From the IMG/VR virus record IMGVR_UViG_3300030060_004467, positions 1,335-65,334 of that record: a DNA stretch of 64,000 bases. One strand, written 5' to 3'. Origin of the DNA: a virus. Taxonomy: Duplodnaviria; Caudoviricetes. The stretch's first letter is position 1. Each line of letters starts with the position of its first letter. A program made the position numbers and the translations under genes. Positions 9,571-18,735 of the stretch are shown in pieces. A model generated the notes under the pieces. That model made no database searches, had not been told where the DNA came from, and saw nothing but the letters and a program-made list of their open reading frames with translations.

Positions 9571-10030
9571 TCTGGATAGATTTAATGATTTCTTGTACAG
9601 CATGATCAACTTGCCTGCTGTTCTTAGCTAAAAATACTATGTAATCTGATTCAATACCAACTAAATACCTCAAAAAAAGCTTCCATCTCATTGGGAAGTC
9701 ATGATGAGACGGTAAATATCCCTTAGTCTCTATGATCCACTTGTGTTTCCTCCCCACAAAATCAGGCGTATACGTAATGGGAAGGACGACAGATCCTGTT
9801 TTATCTGACATATCCTTCCCTTTTGACGTCATCTTAAAGTACTTGTTCGGAAATCTGAATCGGTCCATCAGTTCGAACTTGTGTTCTTCGTAATCAAAAT
9901 CTAGCCCGTATTCACGTAACTGATCCGCACAATACTTTTCAATAGAACTCTTATACTTTCCGAGCTGTTTTTTTTTGCGTGTACGCTTACGAGGCGTTTT
10001 CGTTTGTCGCTTCACATTGGGAAGGTACAC
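9557..10030 (-). CDS. Endonuclease I-like Holliday junction resolvase
   Basis: YKSSIE, FDYE, YTPDF and IIETKG motifs of the T7 endonuclease I-like family. Confidence 0.75.
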   Translation of the reverse strand: MYLPNVKRQTKTPRKRTRKKKQLGKYKSSIEKYCADQLREYGLDFDYEEHKFELMDRFRFPNKYFKMTSKGKDMSDKTGSVVLPITYTPDFVGRKHKWIIETKGYLPSHHDFPMRWKLFLRYLVGIESDYIVFLAKNSRQVDHAVQEIIKSIQNGDI

Positions 10031-11863
10031 TCAATTTTCTAAAGAATCCACCCCTGTTGATAAGAAATCAGTGAATACAGGCATCGAACCCTTTTGATCG
10101 AACTTAATTGATTCAAACAGAGGTTGTTGCTTATACCAAGAGAAAAATCCAGTGTGGGAAAGATTCATGGTTAGCTTATAAGGTTCATCGAGTGGTGTTG
10201 GTCTACCGCCTGTCTCTGTCTCACGCACCTTCCTAACATGTAACTCGCTTAGCTTGCGTATGTTATGATCTGCTGATTGAACCTTTCGATGAATAGTCAT
10301 AAAGCAATCAGCTCTATTTACGAACTTTCCACCACCCTCTGTGTCCTCAGCATACGGGGCAAGGGGTAAGCCATCCGCACCCTTGCGACGCTGCGCCTCA
10401 GTCACTGCATGCATATTAAGCCACACAGCTACGTTATTAGACTTACTAAATGTCAAGAACTCCGATGCTGCTTCGTAATGATAGTCGTGAACGCCTATCG
10501 ACGTATTTCTCATATCCAACTTGAGACTATTGTATGGGTCAACAAAAATAGCATCAACCTCTTGCTGGCGCATGATCTTCTCCATAAATACAATGATATC
10601 AGAATAGCTATATACGCTCTCGTTGCTTATAACCACAAAGTGATCCTGAACCCATGCGTAGGCTTGCTTACGCTCAAAATAGTTCATGTCTGCAACTTTC
10701 TTGTCCATTGCGAACTGCATGAGATGCATCTTAACTGATGCGGTCCTGTTCTCGCTAGAGTATATGATCCACTTCCACCCGTGCCTAATAGACGAATTAG
10801 CTATAAGGTAAAGAGCTGTAGTAGTCTTACCCACATTTGAGTGACCGTTTATAATTACAAACTCCTTCTTGTATCTAAAGTATTCATCAAGGGAAGCGTC
10901 ACCAGTGTCAAGACCAATATCAATCTTGCCCTGAGAAAAATCATCTATCCATCGAAAGTCTTCATCATCTGATGATACAAACGACATGTCACCGTCGTTT
11001 ATGAGCATCTCTCTCTTGACATTACGCTCCTCATCTATGAGGTCTCGTATGGGCATAGTCTTTCCGTTCTCAATGCCGTCACGAATCGTGAGCCTAGCCA
11101 TATCAGGTGAGTCGATGTCTCTCTTAGATATCTCCCTAAATAGCACACGTACCGCCTCCTCTTCCTCCATCTTACCTGCTCCGATGTATCCACCACAAAG
11201 TCGTGCTGCATCGAATAGAGTCCTATGCTTGTCCCCATCCTGTGCATTACGAATCATACGCGCAGCTAGGTTAAGCTTCATGTAATCTGTATAGTCGTAT
11301 GCCTCGTTGATTGGCACCTGAGCCTCAGCACGTTCAGTAGTGAAAGCTCCAAACTTCTTGTGCTCATCCTTTATGATGATGTCTGGATCATGTGACTCCC
11401 AGCATGCACGGGACTCGTTAATACCTGACTCATCTAATGCCAGCCCATGTGTTCTTTCAAAGTATTTAATCAGAGCACGAAAGTGATCCCTATGACGCTC
11501 TGGATTAGTTATCTGTACCAAAGCTTTGACGCCCTCACCGCTAGGCGAAGTCCAGCATGAATGAATAAAATCATCCGTAGCAAGAGCTTTCTTTGTTGAC
11601 TTAACGTCAACATGATCAAAGTCTAGAACAATAAACCCAGAGTGTTCAAATAGCGAGTCATCAGAACGAGACGAAAACTCCCCGCTGAAACAAACAACGG
11701 GGAGCGCCTTCTTCTTCTCTTTGTTGCCAGACCTTACATCAGCTACTAGAGTACTCGACTTCCCACTGCGAATCCTCTCCAGAGCTGACTGTAGTGGAAT
11801 GTGATGAGGTGTTGTCTTGTCGAATACGTTCTTGAATATCGTTACTTGCATTGTCTTGGGCAA
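10031..11863 (-). CDS. Primase-helicase (VirE-N/BT4734-like primase domain plus DnaB/Twinkle-like helicase)
   Basis: N-terminal HSGFIVLDFD, SPSGEGVK and SRACWESHDP; Walker A GHSNVGKTT; IFVDPYN; HVRKVR arginine finger. Confidence 0.85.
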   Translation of the reverse strand: MPKTMQVTIFKNVFDKTTPHHIPLQSALERIRSGKSSTLVADVRSGNKEKKKALPVVCFSGEFSSRSDDSLFEHSGFIVLDFDHVDVKSTKKALATDDFIHSCWTSPSGEGVKALVQITNPERHRDHFRALIKYFERTHGLALDESGINESRACWESHDPDIIIKDEHKKFGAFTTERAEAQVPINEAYDYTDYMKLNLAARMIRNAQDGDKHRTLFDAARLCGGYIGAGKMEEEEAVRVLFREISKRDIDSPDMARLTIRDGIENGKTMPIRDLIDEERNVKREMLINDGDMSFVSSDDEDFRWIDDFSQGKIDIGLDTGDASLDEYFRYKKEFVIINGHSNVGKTTTALYLIANSSIRHGWKWIIYSSENRTASVKMHLMQFAMDKKVADMNYFERKQAYAWVQDHFVVISNESVYSYSDIIVFMEKIMRQQEVDAIFVDPYNSLKLDMRNTSIGVHDYHYEAASEFLTFSKSNNVAVWLNMHAVTEAQRRKGADGLPLAPYAEDTEGGGKFVNRADCFMTIHRKVQSADHNIRKLSELHVRKVRETETGGRPTPLDEPYKLTMNLSHTGFFSWYKQQPLFESIKFDQKGSMPVFTDFLSTGVDSLEN

Positions 11864-12104
11864 TCATTAATAAAATCATATATCCTGCGAGATCTTGTAT
11901 AGTGTCCTCTGTGTCTTCTATAGGACCTGACGTTTTTATTCGTTTAAGTTTATCGTCTATCCTTGCCTTAATACTTGACACAGCATTTGCCTGTGAGAAT
12001 ATGTTCAAGGGTTCTAATGATGCATCGCCATATCTGGCATTCTTCTGAAGTAGCAAGTTCTCTAATTTCTTGCACTTCGATTTAATTTTTTGTCTTGTGT
12101 TCAT
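11739..12104 (-). CDS. Nucleotide-modification-associated domain 1 (DUF1599-like) protein
   Basis: KNARYGD, RIDDKLKRI and EDTIQDLAGY motifs. Confidence 0.7.
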   Translation of the reverse strand: MNTRQKIKSKCKKLENLLLQKNARYGDASLEPLNIFSQANAVSSIKARIDDKLKRIKTSGPIEDTEDTIQDLAGYMILLMIAQDNASNDIQERIRQDNTSSHSTTVSSGEDSQWEVEYSSS

Positions 12105-12327
12105 CCAAGGTTAGGTTAGAGCATGAAATAAATTTTTTTGTTAGTATCTCTCGTATGATAATCTTCTTATCAGCCTTTGCGTTCTTCCCGTACAGCTCTT
12201 CTCCTAACCGAATCATGGTTTTGATGTCGTGAGCGGCGATTTGATTTGGGTTATCGAACACTGATACTACCCACACGACACGCTCGGTGACCCTCTTTTT
12301 TTTCTTGAAGGCCACACGAGCTGTCAT
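12082..12327 (-). CDS. Hypothetical protein
   Basis: ORF between SSB and Nmad1; start uncertain. Confidence 0.5.
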   Translation of the reverse strand: MTARVAFKKKKRVTERVVWVVSVFDNPNQIAAHDIKTMIRLGEELYGKNAKADKKIIIREILTKKFISCSNLTLDEHKTKN

Positions 12328-12343
12328 GTAGTATATAGGCGCT

Positions 12344-12640
12344 TTAGAATGGCAGGTCACTTGTTTCAGCCTTTGCCTTCTTCTCAGCACGTTTAGCTTT
12401 AGCGGCCTCACTGTTAGGATCGAACACGCTACAGCATGGCTTACCATTCTTAGACATAAATAGCTTGAGGTATACGTTACCACCCTGCCCTTCGGCGTTC
12501 TTGGTTGTGGTATACTTATCAAGCATCTCTTTCAGTTCCGTGTCTTTAAGTTTGACAGACCAAGATGAAAGGTTTCCCTCGTACATACGAGGCTCTTCGG
12601 TGTACCCTACGAGTACGGAGTCATAGCTTTGATCGCTCAT
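12344..12640 (-). CDS. Putative single-stranded DNA-binding protein
   Basis: Beta-rich 98 aa ending in SDLPF, in a replication context. Confidence 0.55.
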   Translation of the reverse strand: MSDQSYDSVLVGYTEEPRMYEGNLSSWSVKLKDTELKEMLDKYTTTKNAEGQGGNVYLKLFMSKNGKPCCSVFDPNSEAAKAKRAEKKAKAETSDLPF

Positions 12641-12712
12641 GATGTAATAAAATTTGTAAAATAAATATGAAAATTATAAAAGACGATAGCCAAGATAGAC
12701 CATCTAAGTATT

Positions 12713-13480
12713 CTATACGACAAACTCGGCAAAGAATTTTTCAGTGGGGTTGGGGTCATGTAAATAGTTTTTAATGTTTTCTAATGCTTCATGGAACTTC
12801 ATCTCACCCTTAAATAAGGTCTCCTCGGAGCACTTGACATCTGCGGGATAGAACGGGTATGCCTTCTCTTGCACGACCCAGTAAAAATCTTTGAGCTCAA
12901 ATACCTTGCAGTATATGTACGCCTGAATGTCGTAGCAGAAGCTGTTAACATCGTATCTGAACTTGTCTATCGAGCGTGAGGACTTGGAGTCAACGATGAA
13001 CTGTCCGTCTTGTAGACAGTCGAGGAATCCCTTGAGAGGCACACCGTCGATATCTACGTTGAACTCCACCTGAAATTTACCGCCTGCAAAACGTTTGTCA
13101 TACAGGCCGCAGTCTTTCAGGCGCTTGATCATTTGTTTTGCTTTTTTGACATCATCCTCCGAAGCCAGTTCTTTATTTGATTTGTTAGCTTTTTGAGCCG
13201 CTTCCGCTTTCCATTCCTTATATCGTTTTGTATTTCTAGGATACTTGCCGCCAATAGAATTGACAATGGCAGCATCGTCAAGAACATAATAATTATCATT
13301 GAATTTCTCAGGTTCAAACAGGAGCATGTCGTACATACTCCCAAAGGTTAGTGCTTCTGATTCTTTCTTTAACTGCCCCCTCATGTACATCTCCCAGAGA
13401 CGCATGTCTCCAAGAGCATACTTAATTGATGAGTATGACAGGTGTGGTTTACCTACTAATTCTGTTAATTTATCTCTCAT
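12713..13480 (-). CDS. RecE/exonuclease VIII-like PD-(D/E)xK nuclease (DUF3799-like)
   Basis: LSYSSIK, ALTFGS, LKGFLD, IVDSKS and YDIQAYIY motifs. Confidence 0.75.
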   Translation of the reverse strand: MRDKLTELVGKPHLSYSSIKYALGDMRLWEMYMRGQLKKESEALTFGSMYDMLLFEPEKFNDNYYVLDDAAIVNSIGGKYPRNTKRYKEWKAEAAQKANKSNKELASEDDVKKAKQMIKRLKDCGLYDKRFAGGKFQVEFNVDIDGVPLKGFLDCLQDGQFIVDSKSSRSIDKFRYDVNSFCYDIQAYIYCKVFELKDFYWVVQEKAYPFYPADVKCSEETLFKGEMKFHEALENIKNYLHDPNPTEKFFAEFVV

Positions 13481-13688
13481 TTTCTAGGTTGTTCCAGTGT
13501 TTTGTGCTCTTAAAAACATGTTTTGACCATCCATCGTCATACCACTCTTTGTGATAGCTAAGGGCTCCTCTTGCATCGCTGTTAGATCCAAGCTTGCGCC
13601 TGTAGTAATCGTAAAGGATTTCGTGCTCGGCTTCGAGGCGCTTGTCAATAGCCTCGTTTAGCTGTTGCCTTATTCCTGGAGTCATCAC
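13470..13688 (-). CDS. Hypothetical protein
   Basis: 72-aa ORF coupled to its neighbours. Confidence 0.5.
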   Translation of the reverse strand: MMTPGIRQQLNEAIDKRLEAEHEILYDYYRRKLGSNSDARGALSYHKEWYDDGWSKHVFKSTKHWNNLENER

Positions 13689-13855
13689 TCTTCAGTCTTA
13701 ATTACTTTGAACTTTCTAGGTAGGAAGCCCCTAAGAGATAAAAGGGTTGGACACCATATACCGACATAAAGTCCAGACATTTGATTGCCTGTAAACCAAA
13801 GAGTCAAGGACATTGTCATTGACACAAACGCTGCTATTAAAAGTATATTTTTCAT
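13685..13855 (-). CDS. Small membrane protein (56 aa, not in ORF track)
   Basis: MKNILLIAAFVSMTMSLTLWFTG...GLYVGIWCPTLL; overlaps neighbours by 4 nt at both ends. Confidence 0.55.
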   Translation of the reverse strand: MKNILLIAAFVSMTMSLTLWFTGNQMSGLYVGIWCPTLLSLRGFLPRKFKVIKTEE

Positions 13856-14406
13856 CTTACGAATTTTTTAAGTCCAGCGACCTGCTTGTCAGTAAGTTGG
13901 TCACCATATTTTTTTGTGATGGCGCTGAACGCCTTTTTCTTGTCAGTCTGAGATTTGATATATCCCACCGCCTTGTCCATAATGTTTTCTACTGGTGCGT
14001 CGAGCACTTTCGAAAGCTTCTGTACATGAGGATTGTTGACCATCTCTTCTTGCTTGGCGATGGCTTCCTCGACCTCATTAGCTGACGCAATAGACGTGTC
14101 GATTCCGATTCCAAGCATAGCGAGGGCTCGTCCGACGGCTGATGTTTCGCAGTTTTCGACATAGCTGGTTTTATTAATGTTTGATGATCCGCGCTCCTCG
14201 TGAGCGTGACCTGTAGCTACAACTCGCTGAGATTCGTCAGCTATGGTGCATTTGCACACACAGGTGTCTGCGTCTAGGACAGTAAAGTCTGTAGCTATTG
14301 TCCAGTTCATGTAGCGGTCTTCCTGTCGAAAGAACTTGATGCGTTCGTTGACTTCAACGTACTGCTTGCCACGTATGTTCGTGGTCTTAAACTTATAGTT
14401 TGACAT
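13852..14406 (-). CDS. Rad52/Sak-like single-strand annealing protein
   Basis: GKQYVEVNERI, ATGHAHE and ENCETSAVGRAL motifs; next to the exonuclease and SSB. Confidence 0.7.
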   Translation of the reverse strand: MSNYKFKTTNIRGKQYVEVNERIKFFRQEDRYMNWTIATDFTVLDADTCVCKCTIADESQRVVATGHAHEERGSSNINKTSYVENCETSAVGRALAMLGIGIDTSIASANEVEEAIAKQEEMVNNPHVQKLSKVLDAPVENIMDKAVGYIKSQTDKKKAFSAITKKYGDQLTDKQVAGLKKFVR

Positions 14407-14436
14407 GATGATAGTGAATTGAATTGATTGTGCAAA

Positions 14437-14871
14437 TTAAGGGGTAGGTATTTCAAATCCAAGCCCCTCCTTTAGCTTTTGCTCCATTTCTGTTAACAAC
14501 TTTATGCTTTTTTGTACCTCCACAAGCCTGTCATGAGATGTTATTTTTGTGGATATAGGTTTAATATCCATCTCGTCTGCTAAATCCATAACAATTTTAG
14601 TGGCAAGTGAATACTTATTTAAATAATCGGGGGAGTGAAGCATAAGACCATCGTGCTCCTTACGGTGATGCACAAACGTAGAATGATCTTTGTTGAACAG
14701 CTTACCTATTTGAACTAATGTTGCGTATGGTCGCATGGCATTGCCAAGTGCGGCCCTGCTCTCCACGAAGTATCTCAGCCGAGAGTTGTCTTCAATGACC
14801 TCTCCCGTCTCAGACTCAAATCTGATGCGGGCGCCACGAAGCAGTGTCTCCACTTTTTGTTTCTGACTCAT
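14437..14871 (-). CDS. DnaA C-terminal-like HTH DNA-binding protein
   Basis: TLVQIGKLFNKDHSTFVH resembles the DnaA domain IV DHSTV motif. Confidence 0.6.
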   Translation of the reverse strand: MSQKQKVETLLRGARIRFESETGEVIEDNSRLRYFVESRAALGNAMRPYATLVQIGKLFNKDHSTFVHHRKEHDGLMLHSPDYLNKYSLATKIVMDLADEMDIKPISTKITSHDRLVEVQKSIKLLTEMEQKLKEGLGFEIPTP

Positions 14872-14876
14872 GTGTA

Positions 14877-15287
14877 TTATTTAATTGTTTCTTTAATAAA
14901 GTATTGTGCTGCAAAGTACTCGCTAAGCACGTCGAATAGTTCAACTACGCGACCTGAAAAATTACGGAACGTTGATGCGCTATCAAGCCTCTCATCTTGA
15001 TCAATACCCAGATTGTCAAGCATATCTTGTTGCTCTATCATAGCCTCGATGTCTGATACAATCTCTGAGTTGAGTTCTTCAACCGCCTCTTTGAAGTTAT
15101 CTACGATAATGTCAGGGTTCATGAATGCCCATTCTTTAAGTCCATACTCACCTATATCAACAAGAATAATCTTTCGTGCTACCATAGCGGGCCTCACGTT
15201 GTCGGGTAGGTATTCCTTGAGAAAGGAATTAACCTTGTCTTGTGTTAGTGGTTTGGTAAGGAATCGGAATCCTTCGTCGTTAGTCAT
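14877..15287 (-). CDS. Hypothetical protein
   Basis: Acidic 136-aa ORF. Confidence 0.6.
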   Translation of the reverse strand: MTNDEGFRFLTKPLTQDKVNSFLKEYLPDNVRPAMVARKIILVDIGEYGLKEWAFMNPDIIVDNFKEAVEELNSEIVSDIEAMIEQQDMLDNLGIDQDERLDSASTFRNFSGRVVELFDVLSEYFAAQYFIKETIK

Positions 15288-15426
15288 TGGCTTGTGTGTT
15301 TTTTTGTTTCAACAATTTTTTAATTAGTCTTTGCATCTTTCGCCTTCGGTGGCGTGGGGATCGTAGCTCGTCGTTGCCGAGCACCTCGGACATCTGCTTT
15401 GTCCCCTGTCTGGTTTTTTTACCCAT
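15280..15426 (-). CDS. Small basic protein (48 aa, not in ORF track)
   Basis: MGKKTRQGTKQMSEVLGNDELRSPRHRRRKMQRLIKK...; fills the gap with overlaps at both ends. Confidence 0.45.
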   Translation of the reverse strand: MGKKTRQGTKQMSEVLGNDELRSPRHRRRKMQRLIKKLLKQKNTQAND

Positions 15427-15826
15427 ATATTTTTCTTTTAGATGTGGTTAGGATTAGGAATGTCTTGCCGTCGCAGTTTATGTCCTCTTCAGTAAACCAA
15501 TGTGGATTCTTTTTGGGGTTGTACTTGTAATGAGTTAGCACGTGCTCTTCAACCTCTCTGAACTTGGGGTCTTTTCGGTATTCGATGTCAATGTTGTCGC
15601 AGTCCACCCAAGCGCATACTGTTTTATTATCACCCTCAAATATCTTGCGGGCAGTTGATTCCTGATTGCCCAACTTGCATTTGTACATTTTGATATTGCA
15701 CTTCTCGGGATTGTAGTATTCGGTATTAACCCAAGAGGGTGTGCGTTGCACCCCTCTGTCTTTCACTTGCCACATCTTATAGTTTTTACCTTTTCCGAGG
15801 TGAAATCTTACTCTAAATCTTTTCAT
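15419..15826 (-). CDS. Conserved-looking phage hypothetical protein
   Basis: 135 aa with RFHLGKG, KTVCAWV and YNP motifs. Confidence 0.6.
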   Translation of the reverse strand: MKRFRVRFHLGKGKNYKMWQVKDRGVQRTPSWVNTEYYNPEKCNIKMYKCKLGNQESTARKIFEGDNKTVCAWVDCDNIDIEYRKDPKFREVEEHVLTHYKYNPKKNPHWFTEEDINCDGKTFLILTTSKRKIYG

Positions 15827-16440
15827 TGTTCGTTTTCTTCTTGGTCGTCAACCCCGTGGATGCGGCACTCGAACTTCTCGTTTGCACATAGTGTGCCGAG
15901 GGCATCAATAGCTCTCTCTTCGGAGTAGTCCCCGCACTTGCCACGCATCCAGTCCGTGTCAATGTGTTCGTTGAGGTCGATGTCACGCTCGAATGTGACG
16001 TGAAAGTCACCGACGTATTCGCTCTCTTCGATGCGGACGTAGGTGGCCTCGTCAATCTCTGTACATGCGGCCTCCACCCCGTGTTGCACACCCTCACGGA
16101 AGATGGCGATGGCAACAGCCTTGGGGATGACGGGCATAGTAGGGGCGCACACCTTGTCAAGGCGTAGCTTGTCTTTGAGTTTATCGTACTCCTTCTTCCA
16201 AGCATTGGCGTTGGCTGTCTTGACGGTGAGGTCACGCTCCAACTGCTTGATGTCGTCGTACTGACCCTGCACCTTAGATTCGAGCTCGGCCTCACGTCCT
16301 GTCTGCTCGGAGTATTGCTTCTTAGCCATCTCTTGACGGAACTCCATCGACTCGATGGTTTGCTTGGCAGATGAGATAGCGTTTTCTGCATAGCGGATAG
16401 CCGCGTCAAGCTCGTTCTTAGATTCTTCTATTGAATTCAT
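15823..16440 (-). CDS. Coiled-coil acidic hypothetical protein
   Basis: 205 aa, heptad-rich N-terminus, 4-nt overlaps with neighbours. Confidence 0.65.
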   Translation of the reverse strand: MNSIEESKNELDAAIRYAENAISSAKQTIESMEFRQEMAKKQYSEQTGREAELESKVQGQYDDIKQLERDLTVKTANANAWKKEYDKLKDKLRLDKVCAPTMPVIPKAVAIAIFREGVQHGVEAACTEIDEATYVRIEESEYVGDFHVTFERDIDLNEHIDTDWMRGKCGDYSEERAIDALGTLCANEKFECRIHGVDDQEENEQ

Positions 16441-16631
16441 TTGTTCTTAGGTTTTTTTAGTTTGAGTTTTAATTGTTCTGCCGCGTAATTGATGTGTCTT
16501 TGTGTTGTTACTGATACGATACCTGCTAGTTGTTGCAGGGTGTCACCCTCAATGAGAGCGACAGGTGTCCCGTAGCTGACAACGTAGCCGTTGGTTGTCC
16601 ATAGGTTTTGTTTGTATCGTGGGAATCTCAT
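16437..16631 (-). CDS. Hypothetical early protein
   Basis: VSYGTPVA and SVTTQRHIN motifs of a common small phage family. Confidence 0.6.
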   Translation of the reverse strand: MRFPRYKQNLWTTNGYVVSYGTPVALIEGDTLQQLAGIVSVTTQRHINYAAEQLKLKLKKPKNK

Positions 16632-16855
16632 GTTAGTCCGTTCAGTTCTGCTTTGTCGGTGATTCTGCCGTCACGCTCAAGCCACCCGTCATCGATCATG
16701 GCAGACGCCGTGCGTCCGTAGTGACCCTGTAAGCTCCACGCCATGCCTGTCTTGATAAGCTCAGAGAAAAGCCGAAGGGTTTTTACATCGTTGAGATGAC
16801 CCATCTCGTAGTCGATGATGCGGTTGGTTACGTCGTATGCTTTAGCGTTCTTCAT
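16628..16855 (-). CDS. Hypothetical early protein
   Basis: LIKTGMAWSLQGHYGRTA motif; ATG at 16855. Confidence 0.6.
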   Translation of the reverse strand: MKNAKAYDVTNRIIDYEMGHLNDVKTLRLFSELIKTGMAWSLQGHYGRTASAMIDDGWLERDGRITDKAELNGLT

Positions 16856-17084
16856 TGTCTGTAAATTTTGGGGATAGCTCCATGATGTACTGAGCCACAA
16901 GCTCTTCGATGTCTTCGACCACATTGTCTACATCATTGTGTGTGAGGCCGTACTCATCAATCATCATATTGGACAGGCGGTTGTAGCCACTCTCAACACC
17001 GCCTGACATGGAATATCCAACGTGGTTGGTGTTGAAGCAGTTGCTGACGTAGCACCGCAGGTCGTATAAGGTTTCTTCACTCAT
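16842..17084 (-). CDS. Hypothetical early protein
   Basis: Acidic 80 aa from ATG 17084. Confidence 0.55.
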   Translation of the reverse strand: MSEETLYDLRCYVSNCFNTNHVGYSMSGGVESGYNRLSNMMIDEYGLTHNDVDNVVEDIEELVAQYIMELSPKFTDNEER

Positions 17085-17286
17085 TGTCTTCGATTTGTGT
17101 CCATTTGAAAATAAAGTCTTCGAGGTCATTGGCAAGGTTCTCCATGTCGCTGTGGAGTACCACCTCTTCGCGGTCAACGAGTAGCTTGTGCAACTCCTTG
17201 TATGCACCTGTTTCATTGAGCACATAGCTGATGCGCTCGATAAGTTCTTGCCTCTGCTCGTCGTCGTAGTTGATTGTGTATTTCAT
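17077..17286 (-). CDS. Hypothetical early protein
   Basis: Acidic 69 aa from ATG 17286. Confidence 0.55.
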   Translation of the reverse strand: MKYTINYDDEQRQELIERISYVLNETGAYKELHKLLVDREEVVLHSDMENLANDLEDFIFKWTQIEDNE

Positions 17287-17948
17287 GAGATAAAGTTTAC
17301 GTTTTTGTCCATCCACTCTCTAAGGTCGTCCGCAATGGGTTTGATTTTGATTGGTTCGTCATAGCTGTCTGACCCCTTGGGTTTGGGGATACGGAAAGCG
17401 TGCATCACGTAGTCGTCGATGTCTATGAAGGCGTGGTTGCCCATGTACACACTTTGGATGAACTCCGTGAGTTGATACATATTGCCGTGGTGGTCCGTGT
17501 ACTTGCCTGTGTTGTCTTGCACATCTGATGCTACACGGGCCACCAAGGACATACACAAGGGGGTGTAGTCCCATGCTTGGGAGGCATCGAGTTGGTCCCA
17601 CGTCAGCCACATGTGCTCGGTAGAGTCACTGCGGTTGGACATGTCAACCTCGATGATTCGGAACACCTCGACACTTACGTCGTCGCCGTTCTCTGCCACC
17701 CAGTCGTCGTGGTCCATGTCATGTGGTACACAAGCGTGGTAGTCCTCGTACTGACGAGTCATGGTGACGCAGATGTTTGTGGGGTCTGAGTCGTCAATCT
17801 CTACGCACATCTTGTCCTTGCGGTAGCCGCTGAGGATTTGCTTGATATGTTTGTCTGCAAGCTCCCGCTTGGGGAAGAACTCACAGGTGGTGTCGGAGTA
17901 CCCTTCGAAGAGTCCTGCGACAGCGTGTATTACCGCGTATTGCTTCAT
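17283..17948 (-). CDS. Hypothetical early protein
   Basis: 221 aa from ATG 17948, downstream of a promoter and an AAACTTCAA leader. Confidence 0.65.
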   Translation of the reverse strand: MKQYAVIHAVAGLFEGYSDTTCEFFPKRELADKHIKQILSGYRKDKMCVEIDDSDPTNICVTMTRQYEDYHACVPHDMDHDDWVAENGDDVSVEVFRIIEVDMSNRSDSTEHMWLTWDQLDASQAWDYTPLCMSLVARVASDVQDNTGKYTDHHGNMYQLTEFIQSVYMGNHAFIDIDDYVMHAFRIPKPKGSDSYDEPIKIKPIADDLREWMDKNVNFIS

Positions 17949-17982
17949 GGTTATTGAATTGAAGTTTGTAAAAGTCTCGACA

Positions 17983-18040
17983 CAAAGATACGGAATTGAT
18001 GTGGACAATTCCAAATTTTTGTTGAAAAGATTTGTTAACG
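17983..18040 (-). promoter_or_regulatory. Bacteroidota sigma-A-type early promoter with 30-bp upstream repeat
   Basis: Minus strand TTTG-N21-TATCTTTG; 18011-18040 matches 19937-19966 at 29/30. Confidence 0.7.
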
Positions 18041-18049
18041 GGTTGGTTA

Positions 18050-18121
18050 GAAGGGAGGTTGGGAGTTGAACACAACTGCCATCTGCCAAAACTCAGATGT
18101 ACGCACCGACTGCGCTCCCTT
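18050..18121 (-). ncRNA. Non-canonical tRNA-like element A
   Basis: Acceptor AAGGGAG/CTCCCTT; D-like CGCA-gtcgg-TGCG; anticodon-like CATCTG-agttttgg-CAGATG; T-like GTTGTG-TTCAACT-CCCAAC. Confidence 0.55.
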
Positions 18122-18127
18122 GAAGAA

Positions 18128-18196
18128 GGTGGGGGGATGGACTGACGTTTCAGTCCGTTGCATCCAATCGAATTGCATCCCGAAAGGCGTCCCCCC
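18128..18196 (-). ncRNA. Non-canonical tRNA-like element B
   Basis: Closing stem GGGGGGA/TCCCCCC followed by ACC; internal hairpins including GGACTGA-aacg-TCAGTCC and TGCA...TGCA; no TTC loop. Confidence 0.4.
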
Positions 18197-18213
18197 TATG
18201 GTCAAACTTCAAA

Positions 18214-18423
18214 CTAACCAATACCGCTTACGATGTCCATCGCTTTGGTCATCGCGTAAGTTCGTTTTTGCATCCCTGTACCTTCAAGCTGAGGTGACGG
18301 GAGATTCACAAATGTAGTGAATGCGCCCTCATCATCCAAACGATCGATTTTATAGTTATCCTCACCCCTCATAATCGCATCTGCCATAGCGTTGGTGTGG
18401 TAAATCCTTTCTTGAAGTGTCAT
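18214..18423 (-). CDS. Hypothetical early protein
   Basis: 69 aa with AAACTTCAA leader. Confidence 0.55.
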   Translation of the reverse strand: MTLQERIYHTNAMADAIMRGEDNYKIDRLDDEGAFTTFVNLPSPQLEGTGMQKRTYAMTKAMDIVSGIG

Positions 18424-18560
18424 TTCTCTTGTTGTTTTGAAGTTTGATATTTGTCGTATGCTTTTTCCACGGCAGTGTTGAGAGCCTCTGCCTGTGCTCT
18501 GTCGATAGCCTGTCCCTGCATACGGGATAGCTTGACAATTACTTCGATGATGTTATCCAT
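18420..18560 (-). CDS. Small hypothetical protein (46 aa, not in ORF track)
   Basis: MDNIIEVIVKLSRMQGQAIDRAQAEALN...; coupled overlaps. Confidence 0.45.
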   Translation of the reverse strand: MDNIIEVIVKLSRMQGQAIDRAQAEALNTAVEKAYDKYQTSKQQEK

Positions 18561-18735
18561 GGCTATCTCTTTCTTTTGGTGTTAATTCAAAGTTTACGTC
18601 CCATGTGGCCTCGCAGTCTTCGCACTCATAATCGTGCTCTATCTGGACGTATCCGTTGTTGGTATACCCTACTTCTTGTGAGCCTAAGTATACTCCTTGA
18701 CCGCCACACTTGTGGCACTTATCGTAATCGTTCAT
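18553..18735 (-). CDS. Zinc-ribbon protein
   Basis: CHKC and CEDC pairs in 60 aa. Confidence 0.6.
   Translation of the reverse strand: MNDYDKCHKCGGQGVYLGSQEVGYTNNGYVQIEHDYECEDCEATWDVNFELTPKERDSHG

Noticed and set aside
15813-16409. 198-aa overlapping minus-strand ORF
   Set aside because: Ser/Arg/Thr-rich alternate frame of 15823-16440, which has proper coupling to its neighbours.
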